This document shows positions 38,373 to 50,420 of a DNA stretch of 64,000 bases, piece after piece. Location of the stretch: assembly GCA_963823555.1 (NCBI GenBank), contig CAWGMA010000003.1, forward strand, positions 256,001-320,000, written 5' to 3'. Source of the DNA: Candidatus Eiseniibacteriota bacterium. Lineage in GTDB: Bacteria > Eisenbacteria > RBG-16-71-46 > CAVPCR01. The stretch's first letter is position 1. The number at the start of each line of letters is the position of its first letter. The notes below the pieces were generated by a model. That model was not told the DNA's origin. It saw only the letters and a list, made by a program, of their open reading frames with translations, and ran no database searches. Position numbers and translations under genes: made by a program.

Positions 38373-39638
38373 ATGTCGGGGCTTACGGGAGAAAGCGGAG
38401 TCGAGTTCCCAGGCTCGCGGGTGATCCTCCATGTCGACATGGATGCCTACTTTGCCTCGGTCGAGGTGCTGGCCCATCCAGCCCTGCGCCATCGTCCGGT
38501 CATCGTGGGCGGGCGTCCTGGAGGGCGCGGGGTTGTGGCCACCGCCTCCTACGCCGCTCGGCCGTTCGGAATCCACCCGGGCATGTCGATCGCTGAGGCT
38601 GCCCGCCGGTGCCCGCAGGCGGTCTTCCTGCCTGGCGATCCCCCCAAGTACATCTACTACTCGATCCGCATGCTGGAGATTCTTCGCGAGTTCTCCCCGC
38701 AGGTCGAACCATTCTCGATCGACGAGGCATTCGTCGAGATCAGTGGTCAGGTGAGTGGCTTGAACGAAGGTCGGGATATCGGGACCAGGATCCAGGACAC
38801 GATCGACCGCCGTCTTCGGCTTTCGGCATCGATCGGGATCGGTCCGAACAAGCTCGTGGCCAAGATGGCCTCGAGCGTGGAGAAGCCGCATGGACTCACG
38901 GTACTCGACCGGGACTCGTTCCAGCGACGCTTCTGGCCGGAACCTGCGGACGAGCTCTGGGGAGTCGGGGAGAAGACCGCTGCGACTCTAGCCGTTCTCG
39001 GTATTCGCACCATCGGCGACCTCGCCCAGGCTCCCCGTGGGCTTCTCGTGCGCTCATTTGGAGTCGTGGGAGGCGTCTTGCGGCACATGGCGCGTGGGGA
39101 GGATGAGACGCCGCTCATTCCATACACCGAAGGGGTTCCCATCAAGTCGATGGGACACGAACACACCCTCGCTCGCGACGAAGCCGATGGGGAGAAGCTC
39201 GATGCGCTGCTGCTCCGCCTGACCGAGCAAGTGGCCCGGAGGCTCAGGCGGGCGGGCATGCAAGGCCGGACCGTGACCGTGAAGATCCGATTCACCGACT
39301 TCCGTACCATCACCCGTCAACGCACGCTCGAACGCCCGACCGATGAGGAGCGCGCGATCTATCCGGTGGCGCGGGAGATCCTGCATCGAAACCGCGGCCG
39401 CTTGCCGCTTCGTCTCCTCGGGGTCTCGATGAGCGGCCTCATGAAAGGAGAGTGGACGGATTCACTCTTTTCCGCTGATCGCCGTCACCGGGACGTGCTG
39501 GGAGCCGTGGATCACCTGCGCGACCGATTCGGCGATAATGTCATGACCCGAGCGCGAATCCTGGCCGTGCTCCATGGGAATCATCATGAGCGACCGAGTC
39601 ACTCGCGATCTCTTCGCTCCCGACCCGCAGGAACCTGA
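38373..39638 (+). CDS. dinB: DNA polymerase IV (Y family)
   Basis: LHVDMDAYFASVE, VVATASYAAR, SIDEAF, NKLVAKMAS, KPHG, WGVG, TVKIRF and RLLGV. Confidence 0.95.
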   Translation: MSGLTGESGVEFPGSRVILHVDMDAYFASVEVLAHPALRHRPVIVGGRPGGRGVVATASYAARPFGIHPGMSIAEAARRCPQAVFLPGDPPKYIYYSIRMLEILREFSPQVEPFSIDEAFVEISGQVSGLNEGRDIGTRIQDTIDRRLRLSASIGIGPNKLVAKMASSVEKPHGLTVLDRDSFQRRFWPEPADELWGVGEKTAATLAVLGIRTIGDLAQAPRGLLVRSFGVVGGVLRHMARGEDETPLIPYTEGVPIKSMGHEHTLARDEADGEKLDALLLRLTEQVARRLRRAGMQGRTVTVKIRFTDFRTITRQRTLERPTDEERAIYPVAREILHRNRGRLPLRLLGVSMSGLMKGEWTDSLFSADRRHRDVLGAVDHLRDRFGDNVMTRARILAVLHGNHHERPSHSRSLRSRPAGT

Positions 39639-40479
39639 GCCGGTTCGCGAGCCATCTCCTCAGGGTGAGATGCGCTCCGGCACGCCCGCCTGGGATCCCG
39701 ACCGGAAGATCCTGGTGGGCACCTCCGGCTACAGCTTCTCCGACTGGATCGGTCCCTTCTACCCATTCCGGCTGCCCCGCTCCGAGATGCTCCCCTTCTA
39801 CACCAGGCACTTTCCCATTGTCGAGGTCAACTCCACCTATTACCGAGTGCCCCCGCCGCGCGTCACCGAGCAGATGGCCAGGAAGACCCCGCCCGGATTC
39901 CGCTTCACGGTGAAGGCCCCCCGCACCTTGACCCATGAACGGCGGCTCGACACGGCGGAGATCGCCGCCTTTCGCGACTGCCTGGACCCGCTTGATGCGG
40001 CCGGCAAGCTCGACGGCGTGCTCTTGCAGTTCCCGTGGAGCTTCCGCCCCAGCGCGGGGAGCCGGTGTCTGCTCGCCGGGGCCAGAGCCGCTCTTCCTGA
40101 ATGGCCCCTGTTCGCCGAGTTCCGCAACGCAGCCTGGTCCCAGCCGGAGACCTTTGCCCTCTTGCGCGATGTCGACATCGGCTACTGCGTTGTCGATGAG
40201 CCCAACCTCAAGGGCCTCATGCCGCCCGTCATCGAGCTCACGGCCCCCCAGGGCTACGTGCGATTCCACGGGCGCAACACCGCCAACTGGTGGGGGCGAG
40301 GCGAGGGTGATCGCTATGACTACCTCTATTCTCCGTCCGAGCTCAGCGAGTGGGTAGGGAAGATCCACGACCTCGCCCTCCGCGCCGAGAAGGTCTATGT
40401 CTTCTTCAACAACTGTCATGCGGGGCAGGCGGCCAGGAACGCGCAGCTCATGCAGGAGCTCCTGCTCAGGGAGGTGTGA
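39586..40479 (+). CDS. DUF72 (YecE/YunF) family protein
   Basis: VGTSGYS, VEVNSTYY, FTVKAP..LTH, LLQFP, EFRN, YVRFHGRN, YDYLYS and FFNN. Confidence 0.92.
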   Translation: MSDRVTRDLFAPDPQEPEPVREPSPQGEMRSGTPAWDPDRKILVGTSGYSFSDWIGPFYPFRLPRSEMLPFYTRHFPIVEVNSTYYRVPPPRVTEQMARKTPPGFRFTVKAPRTLTHERRLDTAEIAAFRDCLDPLDAAGKLDGVLLQFPWSFRPSAGSRCLLAGARAALPEWPLFAEFRNAAWSQPETFALLRDVDIGYCVVDEPNLKGLMPPVIELTAPQGYVRFHGRNTANWWGRGEGDRYDYLYSPSELSEWVGKIHDLALRAEKVYVFFNNCHAGQAARNAQLMQELLLREV

Positions 40480-42983
40480 TGTCCCGAGCCTTCGATCTCT
40501 TTGCCCGGATGGAGGCCGATCCTGGACCCGGACGCGAGGCCGGCTGGGTCCGGAATTTCCTCTCCTCCGCCCAGTGCGATCCCGACTATCGCGGCGAGCT
40601 CAAGCATGTCGCCGAGCTGGCGCCACGCGGCACCGCCTACGCGGAGCCCGAGCCGCCGTTGCCGGCGGCTCTCGTCGAGATGCTCGACCGGCTCGAGATT
40701 CCCCGCCTCTACACCCATCAGGTGGAGGCGCTCGGCAACGCGCGGGCCGGCAGGGATCAGGTGGTGCTGACGGGAACAGCCAGCGGGAAGACCCTGGCCT
40801 ACAACCTGCCGATTCTCGAGACATTGCTCGCCGATCCCGGAGCCACGGCGCTCTACGTCTTTCCCACCAAGGCGCTGGCCCAGGACCAGCTCAAGAGCCT
40901 GAACCGGCTGGCCGCCGCCTCGCCCGCGCTCTGCGAGCTCATGCGCGCCGGCGTCTACGATGGCGACACCGGGCAGCATGCACGCAAGAAGTTGCGTGAG
41001 TCCGCCAATCTCATCCTCACCAACCCGGACATGTTGCATCAGGGGATCTTGCCCTACCACACGCGCTTCAGTCGGTTCCTGAGCGGGCTCGCCTTCATCG
41101 TCATCGATGAGATCCATGTCTACCGGGGCATCTTCGGCTCGCAGGTCGCCAACGTGTTGCGCCGTCTCGACCGTCTGGCGGCTCACTACGGGGCCGCGCC
41201 GCGGGTGATCGCTTCCTCGGCGACCATCGGCAATGCCGCGGCGCTCGCCAGCCGGCTCCTCGGCCGCCCGGCGACCGCAGTCGAGGTCGATGGGGCCCCC
41301 CGCGGCCGCCGCACCCTCGCCTTCTGGAACCCGGCTCCGCTCGATCCCGCCGGGCTCACCCGGCGCTCCGCCAACCTCGATGCGGCGCGTCATCTCGCCG
41401 CCCTCATCGGCCGGGGCGTGGCGACCATCGCCTTCACCAAGTCCCGGGTCGCCGCGGAGCTCGTCTATCGCTATGCGCGCGAGGCGCTCGCCGCCCGTGG
41501 CGGCGGCCTCGCCGAGCGGCTGAGCCCGTACCGCTCCGGCTATCTGCCGGCGGAACGCCGCGCCATCGAGAGGCGGTTGTTCTCGGGAGAGCTGGTCGGG
41601 GTGGTCGCCACCAATGCGCTCGAGCTCGGCATCGATGTCGGCGGCCTCGATGCCGCCATCCTCGTCGGTTTCCCATCGACGATCGCCAGCGCCTGGCAGC
41701 AGATCGGGCGCGCCGGCCGCGGACTCAGGGAGAGCCTGGCCCTGGTCGTGGCCCACGAGGATCCGATCGATCAGTTCCTGGTGCGCCACCCCGGGGCATT
41801 CCTCGCGCGCTCGCCGGAGTGTGCGGTGATCGACCCCGAGAATCCCTACATTCTCGCCGGCCAGCTCGGATGCGCGGCGCACGAGCTACCGCTCACTGCG
41901 GCGGATCTTTCGTTGTTCGGGTCGCTGGCCTTGCCCGTAGCCGACCTCCTCACCGATGAAGGGCGGTTGGCGGCGCAATCGGGCCTCCGCTTCTGGTCGT
42001 CCCCGGAATCGCCGTCGCATGGCATCAATCTGCGAGCCGTCTCCGACGATACGTACACGATCCAGGATATCGCTCGGAGTGGGAGCGTCGTGGGTACCGT
42101 GGATGCCATCAGCGGCCTCGAGCTCGTCTATCCCGAGGCGGTCTACTTGCACGAGGGCGAGAGCTTCATCGTGCGCGAGCTCGATCTCACCGAGAAGATC
42201 GCCCTCGTGGAACGCCGGGAGGTCGACTACTACACGCAGCCTGTGCTCGACACGGCGATCCGGGTGCTCGGCGAGGACTCGCGCCGCTCGCTCGGTATCG
42301 AGCCCGAGGCACAGGGCGAGTCGCATGGAGTCCCGAGCGCCGGCATCGCCGGCGGCGCGACACCGCTCCTCGGCTTCGGCGAGGTCGAGGTGAGCTGGCA
42401 GACCATTGCCATGAAGAAGATCCAGTTCCGGACCCGCGAGGCCATCGGCTATCACCCGCTCGATCTGCCCCGGCTCACCCTTCTCACTCGCGCGATGTGG
42501 CTGTGGGTGGGAGAGAACGCGATGGCGGTGGCGAGTCGCGACGGGTCGCCTTACCGCGCGCTCGGCGGCTTGCGCAATCTCCTCGTCACCGTGTTGCCGA
42601 TGCATGCCATGTGCGATCCCATGGATCTCGGTGGTGTCATCGACGCCAGAAACCTCGGCCGGCCGGCGATCTTTCTCTTCGATCGCTATCCTGGCGGACT
42701 CGGCTTCGCCGAGCATGGCTACACGCGATGCGAGGAGATCCTCGCCGCCGCCGAGGAGCTGGCGCGCGATTGTCCATGTGCCGATGGCTGCCCGTCCTGT
42801 GTCGCGTTGCCGATCCTGCGTCCTGCCCAGCAGCAGGATCCGGATCTCGGCCACGGCCACCCGATCCCGAGCAAATCGGCCACCCTCAAGCTTCTCGAGG
42901 CGCTTCGCCGCGAATCGGGGATCGCGGGTGTCGAGATCGGCAGCGGTGGCCAGCGGGCTGATGGCGCCGATCGTGATGCGTGA
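40479..42983 (+). CDS. mrfA: DEAD/DEAH helicase with C-terminal DUF1998 (MrfA/YprA/Hrq1-like)
   Basis: LYTHQ, TASGKT, PTKALAQDQ, DEIH.YRGIFGS, SATIGN, NALELGIDVG, QIGRAGR and C-terminal DRYPGGLG...CPCADGCPSC. Confidence 0.9.
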   Translation: MSRAFDLFARMEADPGPGREAGWVRNFLSSAQCDPDYRGELKHVAELAPRGTAYAEPEPPLPAALVEMLDRLEIPRLYTHQVEALGNARAGRDQVVLTGTASGKTLAYNLPILETLLADPGATALYVFPTKALAQDQLKSLNRLAAASPALCELMRAGVYDGDTGQHARKKLRESANLILTNPDMLHQGILPYHTRFSRFLSGLAFIVIDEIHVYRGIFGSQVANVLRRLDRLAAHYGAAPRVIASSATIGNAAALASRLLGRPATAVEVDGAPRGRRTLAFWNPAPLDPAGLTRRSANLDAARHLAALIGRGVATIAFTKSRVAAELVYRYAREALAARGGGLAERLSPYRSGYLPAERRAIERRLFSGELVGVVATNALELGIDVGGLDAAILVGFPSTIASAWQQIGRAGRGLRESLALVVAHEDPIDQFLVRHPGAFLARSPECAVIDPENPYILAGQLGCAAHELPLTAADLSLFGSLALPVADLLTDEGRLAAQSGLRFWSSPESPSHGINLRAVSDDTYTIQDIARSGSVVGTVDAISGLELVYPEAVYLHEGESFIVRELDLTEKIALVERREVDYYTQPVLDTAIRVLGEDSRRSLGIEPEAQGESHGVPSAGIAGGATPLLGFGEVEVSWQTIAMKKIQFRTREAIGYHPLDLPRLTLLTRAMWLWVGENAMAVASRDGSPYRALGGLRNLLVTVLPMHAMCDPMDLGGVIDARNLGRPAIFLFDRYPGGLGFAEHGYTRCEEILAAAEELARDCPCADGCPSCVALPILRPAQQQDPDLGHGHPIPSKSATLKLLEALRRESGIAGVEIGSGGQRADGADRDA

Positions 42984-43956
42984 AGGGACGAGCCGGGCCG
43001 CGACCGGCGGGCGATCCGGCGGCGAGAGCCTCACGCGGCGTCTCGGCGCGCTCCTGCGCGAGCGCCGATCACCGAGCGCAGGCGCAGCCGGTGGGCCACC
43101 GGCCGGCTCGTGGCCGGTGGACGGCGGGCTCTCCATTCCTGCCGCGCCTGGAACGCGGACCCCGATCCGTCGCGACCGGCCCCGACTCGATGGGCTCTTG
43201 CCTGGCGGCGAAGTGGAGACACCACTCGGCCCGCTTCACCTCCACGAGGTTTGGCGCGGGGCGGGAGATCAGGGATATGCGCGTCTCCTCGCCAAGCTGG
43301 CCGACGCCCGCGAGCGGCTTTCCCTTACCGCTCCGGGCTGGCTCAGCGGGGAGTTTCTGGACTTGAAGGAGCAGGGCCTGGAGGGAGCCTTGCTGCTCGA
43401 TCTGGAAACCGCCGGTCTCGCCGGGAATCCGGTCTTCCTGGCCGGTCTACTCACGATGAGTCCGGAGGGTATCCGGCTCCGCCAGCTGCTTGCGCGCAAC
43501 TACCTCGAGGAGCCGGCCCTGATCGCGATGGTCGCCGCAGCGGTGCGAGCGCATCCGCTGCTGGTGAGCTACAACGGGAAGTCCTTCGATCTGCCCATGC
43601 TCGTCGATCGCGCCTGTCGCCACCGGATGTCCTTCCCTTCTCCCCCTTCCCATCTCGATCTCTTGCATCACGCCCGGCGGGCATTCCGGGGGCGGGTCCC
43701 GAACTGCCGGCTCGTGACCCTCGAGTGGCTCGTGTGCGAGCGGCGTCGCTTCGGGGATGTGCCGGGCAGGGAGATACCCGGTCTGTTTCATCGCTTTGCG
43801 CGTGACGGCGATCCGACAGCGATGAGCGCGGTTCTGCACCACAATGCGCTCGATCTGGTGACCCTGGCCGAGCTACTGGCCCATCTGGTGCCTCATCCGC
43901 CCGGACCTCGCTTCGTGCCGGACGAAGCACCCGGGCTCGAGGACTGGCCGGCCTGA
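42976..43956 (+). CDS. mrfB: RNase H-like DEDD exonuclease (MrfB/YprB-like)
   Basis: LDLETAG, YNGKSFD, HLDLL and HNALDL; overlaps the mrfA stop. Confidence 0.85.
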   Translation: MREGTSRAATGGRSGGESLTRRLGALLRERRSPSAGAAGGPPAGSWPVDGGLSIPAAPGTRTPIRRDRPRLDGLLPGGEVETPLGPLHLHEVWRGAGDQGYARLLAKLADARERLSLTAPGWLSGEFLDLKEQGLEGALLLDLETAGLAGNPVFLAGLLTMSPEGIRLRQLLARNYLEEPALIAMVAAAVRAHPLLVSYNGKSFDLPMLVDRACRHRMSFPSPPSHLDLLHHARRAFRGRVPNCRLVTLEWLVCERRRFGDVPGREIPGLFHRFARDGDPTAMSAVLHHNALDLVTLAELLAHLVPHPPGPRFVPDEAPGLEDWPA

Positions 43957-44243
43957 TCGAGGCTCCATGTCGACAGGTCGACGCGTCGCGGACCATGCGT
44001 CCGAGTACCGACATGTCTCAACGCCCGGGAAGGCACGAATCGCCCTCCTCGGGAGCCGCCGTGCAGGGGTCGAATTGGCTCGGAGCTTGCAGATGCCCAT
44101 GAAGCGAATGCTCGCATCGTGATGGCGGCTGCGGGATCCGGGCCTCTTCCGGGGTCGGGGGCCCGGACCGCAGCCGTCATCGCGGTCGCGCTCAGCAAGT
44201 TCTTCAGACCCTCCCGCTTTCATCTCCTCATGTCCCGCCTCGG

Positions 44244-44273
44244 TTGACTGCTTCGCAATCTGCGTGCTAGTTT
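44244..44273 (+). promoter_or_regulatory. Putative promoter TTGACT-18 nt-TAGTTT with extended TG
   Basis: Seen in sequence upstream of the DUF2582 gene. Confidence 0.45.
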
Positions 44274-44409
44274 TCCATCCCCCTAAGTTTACCGAGGCGC
44301 GGGAACGCGCGACGGGCCGGAGAAGGGATTCGCGGCCGGCACGCTCGCGCCAGTCAATGGCCAGGGGCGATACCTCGATGCCATTGCGTGACTTGAATAG
44401 AGGAGGAAA

Positions 44410-44634
44410 GTGATCGCCATGAGGGATCGCATCGGACTTGCAGCAGGTGACATCTGGCAGTGCCTCCAGAAGGAAGGCGGTTCGGCGTCTCTGGCCAAGG
44501 TGCGCGAGAAGACAGGACTCGATACCGAGAGCGCGTACCTGGCGCTTGGATGGCTCGCGCGTGAAGAGAAGATTTCGATCGAGAAGCGCGGGCGCAGCGT
44601 TCGCATTTCACTCACCGAGGTGCTAGCGCACTGA
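44410..44634 (+). CDS. Small winged-helix protein (DUF2582)
   Basis: IGLAAGDIWQCL...LALGWLAREEKI; SD AGGAGG 44401-44406 (start GTG 44410 or ATG 44419). Confidence 0.88.
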   Translation: MIAMRDRIGLAAGDIWQCLQKEGGSASLAKVREKTGLDTESAYLALGWLAREEKISIEKRGRSVRISLTEVLAH

Positions 44635-44668
44635 TTCTCCCGCATCATCCAAGTCAAGCCGAATCGTC

Positions 44669-44698
44669 TTGACCGGATCTTGATGACGATGCTAGAAT
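44669..44698 (+). promoter_or_regulatory. Promoter TTGACC-18 nt-TAGAAT with extended TG, upstream of csp
   Basis: Seen in sequence; implies a leader of about 210 nt. Confidence 0.6.
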
Positions 44699-44791
44699 CC
44701 GGTCCATGCGGTGGTGAGGATCTGGATTCCGCACCGCGGCCGCAGCCTGGTACTACGAAGTGCAGTTCTTCAGTTCGACCATGAGTTTTTC

Positions 44792-44823
44792 GGGCCTTCC
44801 CTGATCAGGGGAGGCCCTTTCTT
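44792..44823 (+). terminator. Terminator-like hairpin inside the csp leader
   Basis: gggccttccc-tgatca-ggggaggccc followed by tttctt. Confidence 0.5.
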
Positions 44824-44916
44824 GCTTGGTTTTGCGGTGCCGCTGCTCGCGCGGCGGCGCCGGGTTGATGCGGTCCATCCCGCTCCCACTCCTTCCGGTC
44901 ACAGGAGGACCCGCTC

Positions 44917-45120
44917 GTGAGATCACAAGGCTCCGTCAAATGGTTCAACGAGGCCAAGGGCTACGGATTCATCAAGCTAGAGACCGGAGACGACGTCTTC
45001 GTCCACTACTCGGCCATCCAGTGTGAAGGGTTCAAGACGCTGGCAGAGGGCCAGAGCGTCGAGTTCGATCTGGTGGAAGGCCAGAAGGGCAAGCAAGCCG
45101 CCAACGTGATCAAGGTCTAG
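44917..45120 (+). CDS. cspA: Cold-shock protein
   Basis: [29 protein letters not shown] and AANV; SD AGGAGG. Confidence 0.95.
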   Translation: MRSQGSVKWFNEAKGYGFIKLETGDDVFVHYSAIQCEGFKTLAEGQSVEFDLVEGQKGKQAANVIKV

Positions 45121-45357
45121 TGAAGTCACGGCGTGTCCCCGCGGTCGTGACCGCGAGGACAGCCTGATAGGAAGGGCCGCAAGACGGAGCGAGGCCCGGT
45201 GGACCGATGAGCCCACCGGGCCTCGTCCTTTGGGGTCCCGACCCCGGTCGGGGCCGTTCGGGCCTGGCGATCGGGCGCCGCCGGTCCCTGAGCCAATCGG
45301 TTTCCGTGATGCGCCATTGGCGGTAGAGTTGCCCCATACCCCGGAGCGAGGTGCGCC

Positions 45358-46569
45358 ATGAGTGAAGAGGAGTCTGGGATCCTGTCGAGACCGACCAGGG
45401 GGCATGGTCGGGCCAGCCTCAAGTCGGTCGGCGAGCGGGCGCTGGTTAGCGAGGTCATCGCCCAGCTCGCTCGAAGACGGCCGGCGGATGGGGCGGATGG
45501 TGCCGGACGGGGGTCCGAGCCGCCCCTCGTGGTCGGGCCCGGAGATGACGCCGCCGCGTTCCTCCTGCCGGCAGGGGAAGCCTGCATCGTGACGACGGAC
45601 TCTCTCGTCGAGGGCGTCCACTTCGAGCGCGCCTGGACCACCCCCACCGATCTCGGCTACAAGCTCATCCAGAGCGCCGTGAGCGACATCGGCGCGATGG
45701 GTGGTCACCCGCTCGCCGCGGTTGTCGCCATTTCCGCGCCGAGCGCGATGCTCGAGCACGAGTTCCTCGACATGACCGCCGGGATGGTCGAGGCCGGGGA
45801 CCGCCACCATCTGGTGGTGCTGGGGGGGGACACCACGTCGTCTTCCATGCTCGTCGTCACGGCCACCATTCTCGGCAGCGCCGCCCCTCAGGCGCTGCGG
45901 GCGCGCAGCGGGGCCCGCGCCGGGGACCGGATCCTGGTCACCGGGGAGCTCGGCGACGCCGCGGCCGGGCTCCGCGTCCTGGCCGAGCTCAAGCGGCTCG
46001 AGCCCCCGCCCGCGCCCGCAGCCCACGGCTGGCTGCGCGCGGCCAGCCCGCTCGCCGATCTGGATCGGCGCCTGGCCGCACGTCATGTCGTTCCGCGCGC
46101 CGATAGCCCGGAGGCCCATGAGCTGGCCGGCGCGGTGCGCCGCTTTCTACGGCCCATACCTCCGGTCGCTGCCGGTGCGGCGGCCGCGGCCGCTGGCGCC
46201 ACCGCGCTCATCGATATCTCGGATGGCCTGGCTTCGGAGCTGCATCTGATCGCCGAGGCCAGTCAGGTGGGCGTGATTCTCGATGAATCGGCCGTGCCCA
46301 TCGGTGCCGGAGCGCGCCGTCTTGCGATTTCACACGGTGACGATCCGCTCGTCCTCGCCCTCCATGGTGGAGAGGACTATGAGCTCCTGATGACGGTGCC
46401 GGCCGATCACGTCCACGCCGTCACCGACGCGCTCGCGGCGCTCGGAGTGCGCTTGACCGAGATCGGAGAGGTCGTGCTCAAGGAGTCCGGGCTCACCATC
46501 CGGGTTCCGGGCCGTCCGCCACGCCCGCTCGATCACGGCGGCTACGAGCACTTCCGCGAGGCCAGGTAG
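45358..46569 (+). CDS. thiL: Thiamine-monophosphate kinase
   Basis: GE..L, GPGDDAA, DSLVEGVHF, SDIGAMGG, GGDTT, VTGELG, IDISDGL and GGEDYELL. Confidence 0.93.
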   Translation: MSEEESGILSRPTRGHGRASLKSVGERALVSEVIAQLARRRPADGADGAGRGSEPPLVVGPGDDAAAFLLPAGEACIVTTDSLVEGVHFERAWTTPTDLGYKLIQSAVSDIGAMGGHPLAAVVAISAPSAMLEHEFLDMTAGMVEAGDRHHLVVLGGDTTSSSMLVVTATILGSAAPQALRARSGARAGDRILVTGELGDAAAGLRVLAELKRLEPPPAPAAHGWLRAASPLADLDRRLAARHVVPRADSPEAHELAGAVRRFLRPIPPVAAGAAAAAAGATALIDISDGLASELHLIAEASQVGVILDESAVPIGAGARRLAISHGDDPLVLALHGGEDYELLMTVPADHVHAVTDALAALGVRLTEIGEVVLKESGLTIRVPGRPPRPLDHGGYEHFREAR

Positions 46570-46580
46570 CAACCCGGGGA

Positions 46581-47351
46581 CTATTCCTCGCTGCTCTCAC
46601 GGCCGAGGAAGCGGCGTGAGAGCTCGCTGCGCAGGGTCCCGGCGTCGAGACGCCTGATCAGCTTGCCATCCGAGGCGATCGAGATCGCCCCGGTCTCTTC
46701 CGAGACCACGACCACGACCGCATCGGTCTCCTCAGCCAGGCCCAGCGCCGCGCGGTGGCGGGTCCCGATGGTCTGGGAAAGACGTGGATTCTGCGACAGC
46801 GGCAGGATGCACCCGGCGGCGACGACGCGGTCGCCGTGGAGGATCACCGCTCCGTCATGGAGCGTGGTCCGCGGGGTGAAGATGGTGAGCAAGAGTTCCG
46901 AGGTCACGGCGGCGTCCAGGCGGGTCCCCGTCTCCACGTAGTTGCGCAGCCCCATCGTCCGCTCGAGAACGATCAGGCCGCCGATCTTCTCCTCGGACAT
47001 CTCCTCGACCGCCTTCACGATCTCGCCGAGCACGGCATAGCGGGTGCCGGTCACGAGCGGGGCGAACAACCGGCTCTGTCCGATCTGGGCCAGTCCGCGC
47101 CGGAGCTCGGGCTGGAACAGGATGAGGAAGGCCACCACCCACACCGTCTTCAGGTTGGAGATGAGCCAGTTGAGCCCCCCGAGTTCGAGCCAGTCCGCGG
47201 TGATCGAGAGGACGACGAGGGTCAAGAGGCCGATGAACATCTGGGCCGCCCGCGTGCCGCGGATGAGCAGCAACAGGCGATAGATGAGCACCGAGATCAA
47301 TGCGATGTCGATGACGACGAAGACCCAGTTGAGGGCGAAGACATGGCTCAT
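46581..47351 (-). CDS. cdaA: Diadenylate cyclase CdaA/DacA
   Basis: Three TM helices, FQPELRR, IF.P...LHDGA, GTRHRAALG and VVSEETG. Confidence 0.95.
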   Translation of the reverse strand: MSHVFALNWVFVVIDIALISVLIYRLLLLIRGTRAAQMFIGLLTLVVLSITADWLELGGLNWLISNLKTVWVVAFLILFQPELRRGLAQIGQSRLFAPLVTGTRYAVLGEIVKAVEEMSEEKIGGLIVLERTMGLRNYVETGTRLDAAVTSELLLTIFTPRTTLHDGAVILHGDRVVAAGCILPLSQNPRLSQTIGTRHRAALGLAEETDAVVVVVSEETGAISIASDGKLIRRLDAGTLRSELSRRFLGRESSEE

Positions 47352-48263
47352 CACCGGCTCCCGGTGTCCTCGGCCGTGCTCCTGGCGCCGCGGATCGCGG
47401 CTGCCAGGCGGACCGCGCGCGCCGTGGCCTTGACATCATGGACCCTGAGGACGTGGGCTCCGGCGAGCACGGCGGCCACCGCCGCGGCCACACTGCCCTC
47501 GAGTCGATCTCCAACCTCGACATCGAGGATCTTCCCGATGAACGACTTGCGCGAGGCACCGACGAGTATGGGCTGCCCGAGCCGCGCCAGCTCACCGAGA
47601 CGAGCCAGGAGCGCGAGGTTGCCCTCGACGCTCTTGCCAAACCCGATGCCGGGGTCGATGAGGATGCGCGATCGCGGCATTCCCGTGGCCGCGGCGCGGT
47701 TCACCGCGGCAGCCAGGAAGGTGCTCACCTCATCGATGACGTCATCGTAGCGCGTATCGAGCTGCATCGTCTCGGGTGTTCCGCGCATGTGCATGAGGAC
47801 GAGACCCATCTCGTGGGAGGCGGCGATGCGCGCCAGGGCATCCGACTCGCCGAGCGCGGTGACGTCGTTGAGGCAATCGGCTCCGGCCCGGGCAGCGGCA
47901 AGAGCCACCTCGGGGCGGAACGTGTCCACCGAGAGCGGGAGGTCGACCGCGGCGCGGATCAGGTCGAGGGCCGGGATGAGGCGCTCCAGCTCCTCCGCGA
48001 TGGAGACCGGGATCGCCCCGGGGCGCGTGCTCACCGCACCGAGATCGATCAGATCCGCCCCCTCGGCGGCCATCGCGAGCGCCCGCTCCCGGGCTGCTTC
48101 CGGACTCGAGAAGCAACCGCCATCGGAGAAGGAATCGGGGGTCAGGTTGAGGATGCCCATGACCTGCGGGCGGCGGAGGTCGAGCCTCCGCCCGCGCAGA
48201 TCCAGGGAGGTCGGGGTGGGTCCGCCACCGTGGTGCGCGCCTGGGCCGCGGCTGCTTTCCCTG

Positions 48264-50416
<2,153 letters not shown>

Positions 50417-50420
<4 letters not shown>

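Noticed and set aside
40479..42983. DISARM DrmAB or other DUF1998 defence system
   Set aside because: No methylase, DrmC or DrmD nearby; pairing with a YprB exonuclease fits MrfAB repair.
43873..44223. 116-aa minus-strand ORF between mrfB and the DUF2582 gene
   Set aside because: No motifs, the GAGGAG abuts the ATG with no spacer, and it overlaps the mrfB end.
45121..45357. tRNA or ncRNA in the csp-thiL spacer (also checked 7900-8210)
   Set aside because: Only short GC-rich hairpins; no T-loop (GTTCGA) cloverleaf or recognisable RNA family.
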